Origin: Podarcis filfolensis
Taxonomy: Eukaryota
DNA: 64,000 bases
Assembly: GCA_964270895.1 (NCBI GenBank)
Contig: OZ185437.1
Strand: one strand, 5' to 3'
Both the position numbers and the translations under genes were made by a program. This document shows positions 41,101 to 52,350 of this stretch, in pieces. Each line of letters begins with the position of its first letter. Positions within the stretch are counted from its first letter, which is position 1. The notes beneath the pieces were generated by a model. That model ran no database searches, was not told the DNA's origin, and was given only the letters and a program-made list of their open reading frames with translations.

Positions 41101-41964
41101 TCATACATACAGGCAAATACAAACACATCCTCCTGTTAGTCACCAACTTCCACCTACCATAACTATGTGTTGACTTTTCGTAGTGCTTTATTAACATTGG
41201 GTCTAAACCTTCCATTATTTGCTGCTGAACCCTGGTATTATCCACTCACTGTGCTGGAAGAATGAAAGGACAATTCATTGCAGGTCCAGGATTCAGATGC
41301 AGTAAATAACGTTTAACCCTTGTTCATCCTTTTTCATTTTGTATGGGCTTCAGACTTGTTTGGCATCTAATTCCTCCTCCTCTGCAATATTACTGCTTCA
41401 TTGCAGAAGACAGAAAGTGAGCAGAGATAGCGGGAACTCTAATCTCCATTGCGCGCCACAGGACTTCCATCTGCATAAACATTACTAGGACTGGGCTGAA
41501 AGGAAAGTAAGAGTCAAGCTCACAATTAGATTTCAGCTGTTCCTGGTTGTTTGACCTTGGACTCTGTTAACTGGACCACACATATCCTAATGCCATCGCC
41601 ATTTTAGAGCAGCCTAGTGCCTTTTTATAATTGTCTTTTTGTGACAGATCTTTCCTCCCTCACTACCTCCTAGCATCTGTGCAGCTATTTATTCTCTGGT
41701 TTCCTCCTCCCTCCTGTTAACCTCTGCCCTCTAAGAGTGAATGGGCACCATGGCCACTTTTTGTCCAAATAAGGTGTGATTAAATAGCAACAAGATAGCT
41801 TAACCAAGGAGGCAAGACAAACACATATATTAGGCTGGTCACAAACCGTTCATTGGAAACAATTACATTTATCCTGACTTAAAAGTGTGAGCCCTTGTAA
41901 AGAAGCCCCAGTATGGCCTGTGCAACAATGCTGGCCTCTGCAAGCTATAAGGCTCTTGTCTCAC

Positions 41965-42092
41965 CAGCCTTCACCAACCTGGTGCCCTCCAGATACTTTG
42001 GATTATAACCCATCAGCCCCAGTCAGTGCTGGCTGAGGCTGATGGGAGTTGTAGTAAAAAAAACGTGGAAGGCACCAGGTTGAAAAAGGTTG
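41965..42092. mobile_element. Palindromic MITE
   Basis: Subterminal inverted repeat CAACCTGGTGCC / GGCACCAGGTTG and central CCCATCAGCC / GGCTGATGGG. No TSD retained. Confidence 0.7.
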
Positions 42093-42261
42093 GTGTACAC
42101 CAGGTTTAACATAGCAGATGGTGGGAAAGGCAATGAATGTACTAATTGTGGACACAGCCCAGGCAGCTGAAGAGATTCATGTCCCACTGATTTCAGTTTG
42201 AGTCGTTGTTGTTGTTGCTTTTGTTGTTAATTGAGTTTATATACTGCCCTGTACCTAGAGG

Positions 42262-42616
42262 GGGATGCCGGTGGTGCTGTGGGTTAAACCACAGAGCCTA
42301 GGACTTGCCGATCAGAAGGTCGGCGGTTTGAATCCCCGCGACGGGGTAATCTCCCGTTGCTCGGTCCCTGCTCCTGCCAACCTAGCAGTTCAAAAGCACG
42401 TCAAAGTGCAAGTAGATAAATAGGTACCGCTCTGACGGGAAGGTAAACGGCGTTTCTGTGCGCTGCTCTGGTTCGTCAGAAGTGGCTTAGTCATGCTGGC
42501 CACATGACCCGGTAGCTGTACGCCGGCTCCCTCGGCCAATAAAGCGAGATGAGCGCTGCAACCCCAGAGTCGGTCACAACTGGACCTAATGGTCAGGGGT
42601 CCCGTATTTACCTTTA
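42262..42616 (+). mobile_element. Sauria SINE, full length, copy 2, inserted into a LINE tail
   Basis: Highly similar to 23271-23620; 10-bp TSD TACCTAGAGG at 42252-42261 and 42617-42626. The flanks rejoin as ATACTGCCCTGTACCTAGAGGTCTCAGGGCAGTTCACAGAATAAA, a reverse-strand LINE tail. Confidence 0.93.
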
Positions 42617-43330
42617 TACCTAGAGGTCTCAGGGCAGTTCACAGAATAAATTCAAAATATAAAATCACAAAATACATAATCAAAATAAAAACAGCCCAAT
42701 AGCCCTCCCCCAAAATAGATTGTATATGCTTCTCTCACTCACCCTTTGTCCTTGAAAACAGTACAGAACTCAGAAGGTCTTTACTTTGGCTAGATCATGC
42801 TTTGCCATTTTAAAATTAGGGATGCTATGCTGAAGGATAATCCAGTGCTATCACTTTTCTGGAAACTAGGTCTGTGCCAGAATCATGCTTTTTCCGATAA
42901 TGAGGTCAGGCTGTGGTCTAGATACCATGGCTTATTTTTATTTTATTTGAGGCATATGCCACTTTCTACCATTTTTTTTTAAAGGTGACTTCTAATAATA
43001 ACCACATTTATACAAATGTAGTTCATAACCAATTGAAAATTGATAACAGCACATTGAGAGTGATCATCCACAGTCAGATTATTCCATCAGGGTGGGGCTA
43101 AGGGGCAGTTAGGCGTCTGAGGGTCTGATTCCCTCACTTCAGAACTGTTTCTGCTGCCGCCAAGATGAAGGCAGTCCTCTCTCACACACCATCTCTTTTT
43201 TAAAAAATGACATGATAGCTAAATATGTTAAGATTATGTGCTGTTAGGTCATTGGCAGTTAGGTAATTGTATTAAATATCGTGTTCATTTTTAAATCATA
43301 GTCAACCCAAACGGGCATGAGAATGAGCTG

Positions 43331-43482
43331 CAGTGGACTCTCGGGATACAAATAAAATTCGTTCCGGGGGTCCTTACTTAACCTGAAAAGTCCGTAACTG
43401 GAGGCGCTGCTTCTGCGCATGCATGCGTGGCAAAACCCGGAAGTTACGTATCCAGAGTGGTACATAATTCAAGGGTCCAATG
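43331..43482. mobile_element. Degenerate Tigger-like MITE (second family)
   Basis: Ends CAGTGGACTCTCGG... and ...AAGGGTCCAATG|TA form imperfect TIRs; internal AATTCGTTCCGG..TTAACCTGAAA resembles the 14 kb family. Confidence 0.55.
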
Positions 43483-44944
43483 TATTACAATGCTCTTTCA
43501 GAGGTGAATTTGACTCTCTTGCAATGCAATTCTGTTCATCGCTCTTCAAAAGTTCAGTGTGACTAAGACCTGGGGAGTGTACATAGGATTGTAGCCTTAG
43601 TCTGAATATCCATTTTTCCCCAGGTGCAATGCTATGAGCTCATAAGTCTTTGGGAGCTAAAAAATATAAGAAGGCCACAGAAGGCAAACCTGTGATTAGA
43701 TTTACATTATACAACAGGCTCTCAGACATACACTTAAGCTCTCAAACAATCTTCACAGATGCATTGGCTTTTTCATACATGCTATTTATCGGCTTCCAGT
43801 TCTTGTCCCCCTGTGGCGTTTCTAATCCATAGCAAGCCCTCGAGCACAGACTGGGTATCATTTGCAACAGGATGAGGTTTTCTAAGGAAGATCTTCCTTA
43901 GGCGACTCCCCTCCCTGCAACTTTTATTTGGTTTGTATAAAACAGGCTCATGTCCCTTTTTATATATAGTTAGCTAGATCAAAGGGTTCTTGGGTCTGCC
44001 TGAAACTATGACTAATTATTGACTGTAATACTGGTTCAAGGGAGAATCCATTTCCCTTCATTAGGAGCATGTGGCTGCATAGGTTTGAAAATTGCCTGTG
44101 CGCACTTTCATTTTTAAGGCTTTTGCTTTTCAGTAAAGCAACAAGCTCGGAACTGAAAATGTGCAAAGTACACAAGACAGAGCTCAATACAGCAGAATCA
44201 GCATGGCTTGGGTATTTTTTCTTTTTTTTTCTTTTTAAAGAATGGGGCTTCATGGTCAATCTTTTAGAGAGCAGCTTGTTACCGATGGACAAAGGGCCCC
44301 AATGTAATTTGCTCCTGGCTGCCTGCCTGCTGGCAAGGTCTGGGCTAGAGCACTTGGAAGGGAGATCAAGCACAGGGATATTGGAGCATATAATAGCTTA
44401 TATGGTTGGCTGCTTTGGGAGAGAAAATCTAGCTCTTGGTTCCTGAGATTTGGTTAGTAGGGCTTAACGTGGCCTCAGCTGATCTTGCATGTCACATAGC
44501 AGCGAAGGCCACATTCTTAGAAAGAGAGACCTGTTCAATTCCATGTGGCTCGTAGAAAGCAGAAGAGGGCTCAGGAAATGAAATTAAGCCAGACAAGTGG
44601 AACCTGCAACAAAGTGTTGGAGTGTATCCGCCCTCCTAAAAGGGAGGCTTCTGTACAGAATTCCGGCCAGCCATTTCCTCCAAGCAGGGCATTTCAGGCT
44701 CCTCCTTCCTCTTCCTCTTCCTCTTTCTTTTCCAATGATTGCTCCACATTCTGCAGCTCCTTAGTGCATGCACAGTCTTCATTGGCCAGACTTACCTCTC
44801 TTGACAATGCCAGCTCCTCCCAAAGAGCTGGCCTATGTGGTGCCCAAAGGGGAGCGTGTTGGGTGCGGCTGAAATACCAGATGTTTGATACGACAGCTGG
44901 AGAGAGGCCTGTTACACTCATGTTCCACTTATGGCTTCCCGCAG

Positions 44945-45027
44945 GCATCTGGTTGGTCACTATGAGAACAGGATGTTGGACTGGATGGGCCACTGGCCTG
45001 ATCCAGAAAGCTGTTCTTATGTTCTTA
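44945..45027 (+). mobile_element. LINE (CR1/L2-class) 3' terminal fragment
   Basis: GGATGTTGGACTGGATGGGCCACTGGCCTGATCCAG..CTTATGTTCTTA; reverse complement of the start of the 49551 element. Confidence 0.6.
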
Positions 45028-46439
45028 AAGAATCCTAAACCCTCCCGGTCCTCTTGCCCATCCCTAAAAGAAAAAATCAGAAGAAAAATTAGAGACATTT
45101 TTGCCTTGCCTTGACTCGTTGGGTCCCTTCCAATTTTACTCTTCTATGAGTGTCTAAACCTCTCCCTCCCCTTTGCCTTCTGTTGTTTTCAGTGGAAATA
45201 GGATGGAGGTAAATTGAGACCAGAAATGTACAGAAGAACACCACCCTTAGTTCTGCCTTACCAGTAGGGAGGGGCAAATATGTTAATTTTTGTTTCTCTC
45301 TGTATCTAATTTTTCCAGTCATAGTTCTGCACATTTCTACATCAGTTGTTTTTTAATTTTTAAAAAAGTCGTCTAAAAATTCACCAGTGTTTTGCTGCTA
45401 ATTTCTCTTACTATACACATTTTTATATGCAGTTTTGCCAAATACACAAGCAAAACAATGGATCTTGTATGTCATTTTCACTAATATGTGTAACTATAGT
45501 GTATGCATTTTGTACAAATTAGTGGGTAACTGCTTTGAAAAATTCAGATCAGTGCTAATTTCAAAGCATAGCTGTGTTTGGGTTCACATACGGTTTCAGA
45601 AAGTGTAGAATTGGTAAGTTAGCCTTTAAATGCAATCTGAATTGATTTTTCCCCACCCTTGCCTGGCAGTGAGAGCTCAGCATACAGCACCTTTATAATC
45701 TCACCCCCTCCCGCTTCCCACAGTTCAGGGATTGTAGCTTTAGGCTTTTAAAACCATTTTTGTACTTATGTTGTACCTCTGTTGTGACTACAATTCTGAT
45801 AGTGCTCATCACTTATGTGCACTATTGGAATAAGTGCTAAGCAACATTTCCTAATATTTAATAATGCATGTGTAAGGCCCATGGTGCTCATATCTGTTGC
45901 CCGCCCGTGTTGAGTGTTTTAGGACAGTGTCAGAGACTTTTCTTTTTCTCTTTGCTTTACATAGGAACCTTTATGATTCCTTCCACGTTAAAACATTTTA
46001 TGAATGGTGTAGCTTTTTTAAATATTGCAATTCATACTGAGTTTCCTTAGCAAGGCAATTGCTGAATGTCACAAGAGAAAAAGACTAAAAGTGCCAATAG
46101 TTAGATTGTTAGTCTCCACCTCCATCTTGGTTTTAAGCTCTTCTAATTAATGGTGTCATTTGTAAGAACAGAGGATTCAAATTCAAAAATGGATATTTGA
46201 AAATAAGTTGTAATACCAATCCGGGTTTATTTGAGAATGAATGTAGGGGGAGATATTGCATCTTCTGAGAAAGCTGGAATCTATCAATATCAGGGTCACT
46301 GGAAGCAACAAAATAATTTCTAAAATAGTTATGCATAGAACGTGGAGATAGTTATACTAACAAATGTGTTTTGTTGCTGTTGTCTTTAAGTGTTGCCATC
46401 CACCCCAAATTGAAAAGATCCATTCGACCCAAACTTTAA

Positions 46440-46462
46440 TAATAGTAGTAGTAGTAATAGTA

Positions 46463-46511
<49 letters not shown>

Positions 46512-46630
46512 TTATACCCCACCCATCTGGCTGGGTTTCCCCAGCCACTCTGGGCGGCTTCCAACAAAAGATTAAAAATACATTAAAACATCAGTCATTA
46601 AAAACTTCCCTAAACAGGGCTGCCTTCAGT
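46440..46630 (-). mobile_element. L2-class LINE 3' end with (AAT/AGT)n tail
   Basis: (AGT)n(AAT)n run followed by TTTATACCCCACCCATCTGGCTGGGTTTCCCCAGCCACTCTGGGCGGCTTCCAACA..CAGGGCTGCCTTCAG. Confidence 0.75.
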
Positions 46631-47028
46631 TTCATCTGTTGCTTCTTGATAATCAGTTACTACAAGCAGACTAAGAAGTGTCATATTTGGAGTCTCCACC
46701 ATCCCCCTGACTGCAATGCTTGCACAACACTGTGATCTGACTGTGATCTGGATTGCATGACCGGTGCAGCTGAAACGCAGACTATTCAGCCTTGCAATGA
46801 AGTGTGGAAAGGGGAAGGTAGGCAGGGTTGGACCAAGAGGCCTTTTGATTCTTTCCAATTTCACCTCCCTGCTTTGTGCATTTTAATAATGGAATATCAA
46901 ATACACACATACTTATGCAGATGTAAATATAAAATCAAAATGAAAAACTCAAAGCAGTTCCACACATTGCACAGAAAAAACTTTCTCCTCCAACATTATC
47001 TGAACAGAAACTGTGAAACACTAAAGAC

Positions 47029-47197
47029 CAGTGGCATAGCGTGGGGGGTGCAGGGGGGGCCGGCCGCACCGGGCGCAACATCTGGGGGGTAGGGTTAGGG
47101 GGCGCAAATCCACGGGTTAGGGGGCACAAATCCACAGGTTAGGGGGCGCAAATTACTTGCCTTGCCCCGGGTGCTGACAACCCACGCTACGCCACTG
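47029..47197 (-). mobile_element. hAT-type MITE with telomere-like internal repeats, copy 2 (opposite orientation)
   Basis: TIRs CAGTGGCATAGCGTGGG / CCCACGCTACGCCACTG; 8-bp TSD CTAAAGAC at 47021-47028 and 47198-47205; reverse complement of 29207-29373 with about 7 substitutions and a few single-base indels (counted by eye). Confidence 0.92.
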
Positions 47198-49550
47198 CTA
47201 AAGACCTTTAGTTCTAATGCCAAAAAATATGCCGTAAGAAAACATGCTGTCAAAAATGAAGAAACAAACAAGCAGATCATTTCTCTTTGCATCCAAAAGT
47301 GCCAGAATTCACTCCCAGTTTCAGATGAGCTGCAAGGCACCAGAGATTGAAGTGTGGCTACACACACCAAATTCTTGTGTTGGATTGCAGTTGCAGTGTT
47401 TGGTTCAAAAGAAACTTAGTCGCATTTCAAAGTAGCATCTCACATACTTGCTTTGATGATGGCAACAGTGATGGCAATTCATACATAAAAGTTATTTCTT
47501 AATCTTATTGGTGATGTTTACAGTAGCAAGAGGAGCTGCTGTGTGTGTGTTTGGTGACCCTTTTAAACACTTAACTGCTGACTGGAAAGCAGAGATGGTG
47601 AAATGGGCCCCAATCACAATTTTTTTTGTTCATTAAAAACAACAGCATTGATTTTCCCAGGTCACAGCCAGGCCATTTCATGCAGCAAATCTGTGTTGAA
47701 AGGGATCCGAGTAATCATTTTTTACACGCTTGACTACCACGTGCTGGCACTGAGCTTTCTACCGCATGAATATAGGAATGATTTAATAGAGGAAGTAGCA
47801 GTGGGCTATTGTGCATGTTGAAGGCTCTGTGGAACATGCATGATTGAGTTGGACACCATTAGACTACTTGTAAATAAAACCTGCTAACTTGGCTGGCTAG
47901 GAATTCGCTTACAGGAACACAATTGCCACTAGCTTGTCTGGACCCTACCCCTTCTCTTTGAGGAAAGCTGGGAAAGGGACTGAGCTAATTCATTTTTTTT
48001 AAGGCATGCCTTGGACAATAACCAGCTCAGAATCATCTCCATACACAATAGCATTAGACAACTGGCATAGCAACAGTGTGTTGAAATCCAGCCCCAGTGA
48101 AGATAAGCATGGGGGTGAGGAGGCGTGTTGCTATTCAGTGGCTGGCTAGAGATGTATGGCTGTTGGACACTGTCTGCTGTGACCTACATCTTCTCTGGGA
48201 CTTCTCCCAAATTACTTGTCAATCTGCCATGCTCAGTGAGGGACTGCCTCCTGACATTGCACCAGCAGTGCTCATTTACAGACTCTAAATGATCTGCCTC
48301 AAAACTAATGACACTAGACCAGGGAACACAGGGCAGTTGTGGGAGAGGTTGGGGTGATGGCAGAAAGCATTGCTTGGTACAATTAAACAACTGATAAAAT
48401 AATGGCAGATAAAAATGAGGGTTTTGATGGAGATTTTACTCAGTTTCCCCCATGTGAATGATGTTCAGTGCTGCCTCCCTAGTCTCAAATAATGCATTTA
48501 TGTTGTACTGAATACATGAACAATAAAATAATTGTCCACATTATTGGTCAGTCTAGAGAAAATAGTCATATTGTATAAGTTTTATTTCATGAGATACTCC
48601 AGCCATCCCCAGCAGGTGCAAACCTGGAGTTCTTTGGAGTCTGATAACAGAATAGAGAGCAAGTAAAAAATAACAGAAAATGGTCAACACATACAAATAC
48701 TTTCCACACTCTTATATCTATCTGATCATAGCATTTTATCCTCTTTCTTTGTCTCCATCCCACTTTGGGTGTCTCTTTCCAATTGCCTCTCCAGATCTTT
48801 GCTGTTTAGTGATAAACTCACACCCAGTTACTTGTCTTCCTGTTCCATTCTGATCAGCAAATCTGGACCCCTAATACAGTACACTGTGTTCCACCCTTAG
48901 ATTCCTCATTTAGACATTTGCCACACTGTTCTTACAAAAAGCAAAACAAACCACCCTTCTGTGCATCAACTTTCTATTTAAAACTCTTGCCCAAGCATGT
49001 TCCTATATGCCCTGGTTTGCTCCTCATGTTGTAAATTCTTATCTGCTTTTAGCTATCATATGCTGTTTGTCTCACGATTCCATGACTCCGTATCTTGAGC
49101 CCCCTTGATTAATTAGAAAATGATATGCTATCCATATAAATAAATGTATGGGAATATGGCCATGTTATTCTAATCTTACAATTTTCACCTATTCCTTATG
49201 ATTATCACATTTATTCATTGGCTGTTGCTATCCTGTCTGCACCTACAAGGACTTCAGCTATCAGCCATGTTACCAAGCTCAAATCAAGGTCAGCACTCAG
49301 ATGTTCTTATTCATGTAGCAGGGCTTTAAATGCTGTACCATAACCTGCTTCAAAATGATTCTGACTCTTTCAGGGTAGAGGCAAATTACTCCACTCCCCC
49401 TTTATGAGGGAATGTTTGGAACCAATTCATGACTACGGTTGTTGACAGTTACCTTCGCCCATAGAAAAAGGCATCAGGATGGGTCATAAGGTAGAAATAC
49501 TAGAAAATGGAATCAAAGATGGATTTGAGTTGTTTGTTTTTTATGAGACA

Positions 49551-49765
49551 CATAAGAAGAGCCTGCTGGATCAGGCCAATGGCCCATCTAGTTCAGCATC
49601 CTGTTCAGATGCCTATGGGAATCCTACAAGTAGAACTTGGGTGCAACAGTGCTCTCCCCTCTTGTCATTCCTAGCAACTGGAATTCAAAGGCACGCTGCC
49701 TCTATCAGTGGATTAGAGCCATTGATAGTCCTGTTCACCATTAATATGCCTAATCATTTTTAAAA
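49551..49765 (-). mobile_element. LINE (CR1/L2-class) 3' terminal fragment
   Basis: CATAAGAAGAGCCTGCTGGATCAGGCCAATGGCCCATCTAGTTCAGCATCCTG... Right boundary approximate. Confidence 0.65.
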
Positions 49766-49846
49766 GAAGTACTTCCCTTTGTGTGTCCTTAGTAGTTCAG
49801 TGTTGGATGACTCCAAGTATTATAAGAAAGGGAGAAAAAACTTCTA

Positions 49847-50072
49847 CAGTCGTAGCTCTGGTTACAAACTTAATTCGTTGCGGAGGTCTGTTCTTAACCT
49901 GAAACCATTCTTAACCTCAGGTACCACTTTAGCTAATGGTGCCTCCCACTGCTGCCGCGCCACCACTGCATAAATTCTGTTCTCATCCTGAGGTAAAGTT
50001 CTTAACCCAAGGTACTACTTCCAGGTTAGTGGAGTCTGTAACCTGAAGTGTTTGTAACCCGAGGTACCACTG
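49847..50072 (-). mobile_element. Tigger/pogo-like MITE, copy 2 (opposite orientation to 14048)
   Basis: TA|CAGTCGTAGCTCTGGTTA (decayed TIR) to TAACCCGAGGTACCACTG|TA; internal sequence is the reverse complement of copy 1 (AATTCGTT.CGGAGGTCTGTTCTTAACCTGAAAC, TTAGCTAAT, TTCTCATCCTGA). Confidence 0.88.
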
Positions 50073-52150
50073 TATCTGCTTTCAACTTACCATGCATAAT
50101 CTTATACAACGTGGTTGCATATCCAACCCCTTCCTTGTCTTTTTATTGTAACTTTTTATTGTGGTCATGTAGTTTGCACCCTATAGCTGAGCCATAGCTG
50201 TGGCATTACCCCTGTGGGGTAACTGAATATTATCACATATTGTCCATTGTTGTTTTAAAGTTGCCCAGGTTTCTTGTCTTGCTAGACTTTTCACAACCAA
50301 TGCATCTGAACCTTAAAAAATAAATTACTTGATTTTCTCGGAAACAGGTGCAATGCATGCTGTTCTTAACAGCATGATAAAATAAAATTGTCCTTCTGAG
50401 ATTGGCAGTTGATTCAGTTAGACTGTATAAAGAGGGATTCACTCATTTTCAGTTCGCAAAAGAAATAGAGATATAAGGGTGAGTTTTGCTGGGAAGCGCA
50501 TATGTGTATAGATAGACAGACAGATGGACAATAACCTTGCCAAAACTCCCATTGCTCTCTGCTTGCTGTAGAGCAGATGTCCACTGTGTGTTTTATATAG
50601 ATATAGAAGTATATTTGGTTCATGCTCAGCACTATAGAGTATGTGCATTTGCTGTTTGAACCAGTTAAGTCTCTCCTTTCTGTGATATCATGAAACCTTG
50701 GTGGCACTCACCATAAAACACTACTGTATGGATATATTTTCTTACACAACCCATCTCAAGTGAAATCAGATAAACCACAGAGATTAAATAGAGGGACTCT
50801 GGGACAGCAGGAATTCCTCTTAAGTCACCCTATACCTTCTGTATCCAGACTAATAACCAGCTCATTAATCAATGCCTATTTAAAATAGATTGAGTTTCAA
50901 ATCACCTTCTCTGCAAGTAAGAGAGAATTGTTTCTCTGCTTGTTGTTCTACAGGTAGGAGAGGAATGCTTTTTCTCATTTCCCCTCATACTGTTGTTCAT
51001 TGTTTACAGCAACACGAATGAGCAGTTGCAAATGTAGTTCAAAATGTGAGGATCCAAATAACACAAACACAGGATTCTGGTCAGTCAAGCTCACAGAGGC
51101 AAAATACTGGATCTTTAGCAGGAGGTGAAATATGAATCTGTTTCCAGAAGAGGAGATAATAGAAATGGGTGGATCTTTTGTGAGGAGAAGTGGGTTGGAC
51201 CTGTCCCCTTCCACCAGGCTTAGCTAGCCATCTTCCTATTCTTCCCTTCCTGAGAAAAACCTTCATGTCATTCTAAGGCTAGCAGTTCCTGAGCGTATTG
51301 GACAAAATGATCAATAGGAAAAACAAAAGTCCCCTGATAAGAGCAGAAACATTTAAAAAGCAGTAGCAAAGTGAATTCTGGCCTTATCTGCAGGTGGGAT
51401 CATGTGGAGATTCGTATGGTGGACAATATTGTGAAAGGGTGTTGTTCTCTTGTTTGGTAAATGCAGTGAAAAATGCTACTTTTTTTTTAAAAAAGGAACA
51501 ATCTGTCAAAAGATTATAGTTCTCTTTCTCCTAGTGGTTTATGACTGTAAGTCAGTCTGAGACGCCACAAGAGTGGTTCTAGTGCACCATGAGTGGTGCT
51601 ACGTTAAACATGTTTAGGTCTGTATGGGTTTATCAAAGCATTGAGTGTGGAGGGAGAGATGGGGTCTGCACCTGCTGGGCTTGCTTCCCTTTCAGCTCTG
51701 CCCACCCATGATTGGCTCAAGACATTTTGCTACCTGAGGCACTTCCTCACCTCCCTTCTGTCTCATCGTGTCTCTTTGTGAGAATCATGTATACTCTGAA
51801 GATTTGTTCACTCTTAATTATCAGACCCAGTTCCTGAGGTGTTGAGAGTGGGGCAAGGTAAAGGCAAGCAGCTCATTGCTCAGACCAGAGAAGGATCCCG
51901 ACTGGGTGCCAAGTGAGATTCTGCTGTGCTAAACAATACTAGAATTTTGCAAGAAATAAATTTAGTGATACATTACAGATATGTCAGCACTTGTGGACTG
52001 CAGCATTATTGTATATTTGATGGCAATGTTCAGAGCTAAGAGGCAGCTTTCCTCAGTCTTGTTTCCTTCATGTCGTAAACTCTTGTTGGAAGAGAAGAAT
52101 GAGAGTTTTGTCCTTTGATAACAAAACCTTATAACTGTGACCTTGATTAG

Positions 52151-52350
52151 GTTCTCAGAGACGGAGACTCATCCCAGCTTTATCGCTTGACACAACATCT
52201 CCTATAAGGAAACCTACCAGCCCAGCAGTACGCTGGGTAGATGGACCTCTGAGAAGTTCCCAGAGAGGAATGGGGGAGCCCTTTGAGATCAAAGTCTATG
52301 AGATTGATGATGTGGAGCGGCTCCAACGACGGCGCATGGGGGACAACAAT
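52151..52350 (+). CDS. KIF26B: KIF26B coding exon (about exon 13)
   Basis: Acceptor ttgattag|GTTCT completes the split Gly codon. Translates [67 protein letters not shown]. Donor AAT|gtgagg. 200 nt. Not present in the ORF track. Confidence 0.95.

Noticed and set aside
44545-45114. 189-aa ORF and overlapping 134-aa antisense ORF
   Set aside because: Run through low-complexity sequence and a LINE tail; no recognisable domain or splice support.
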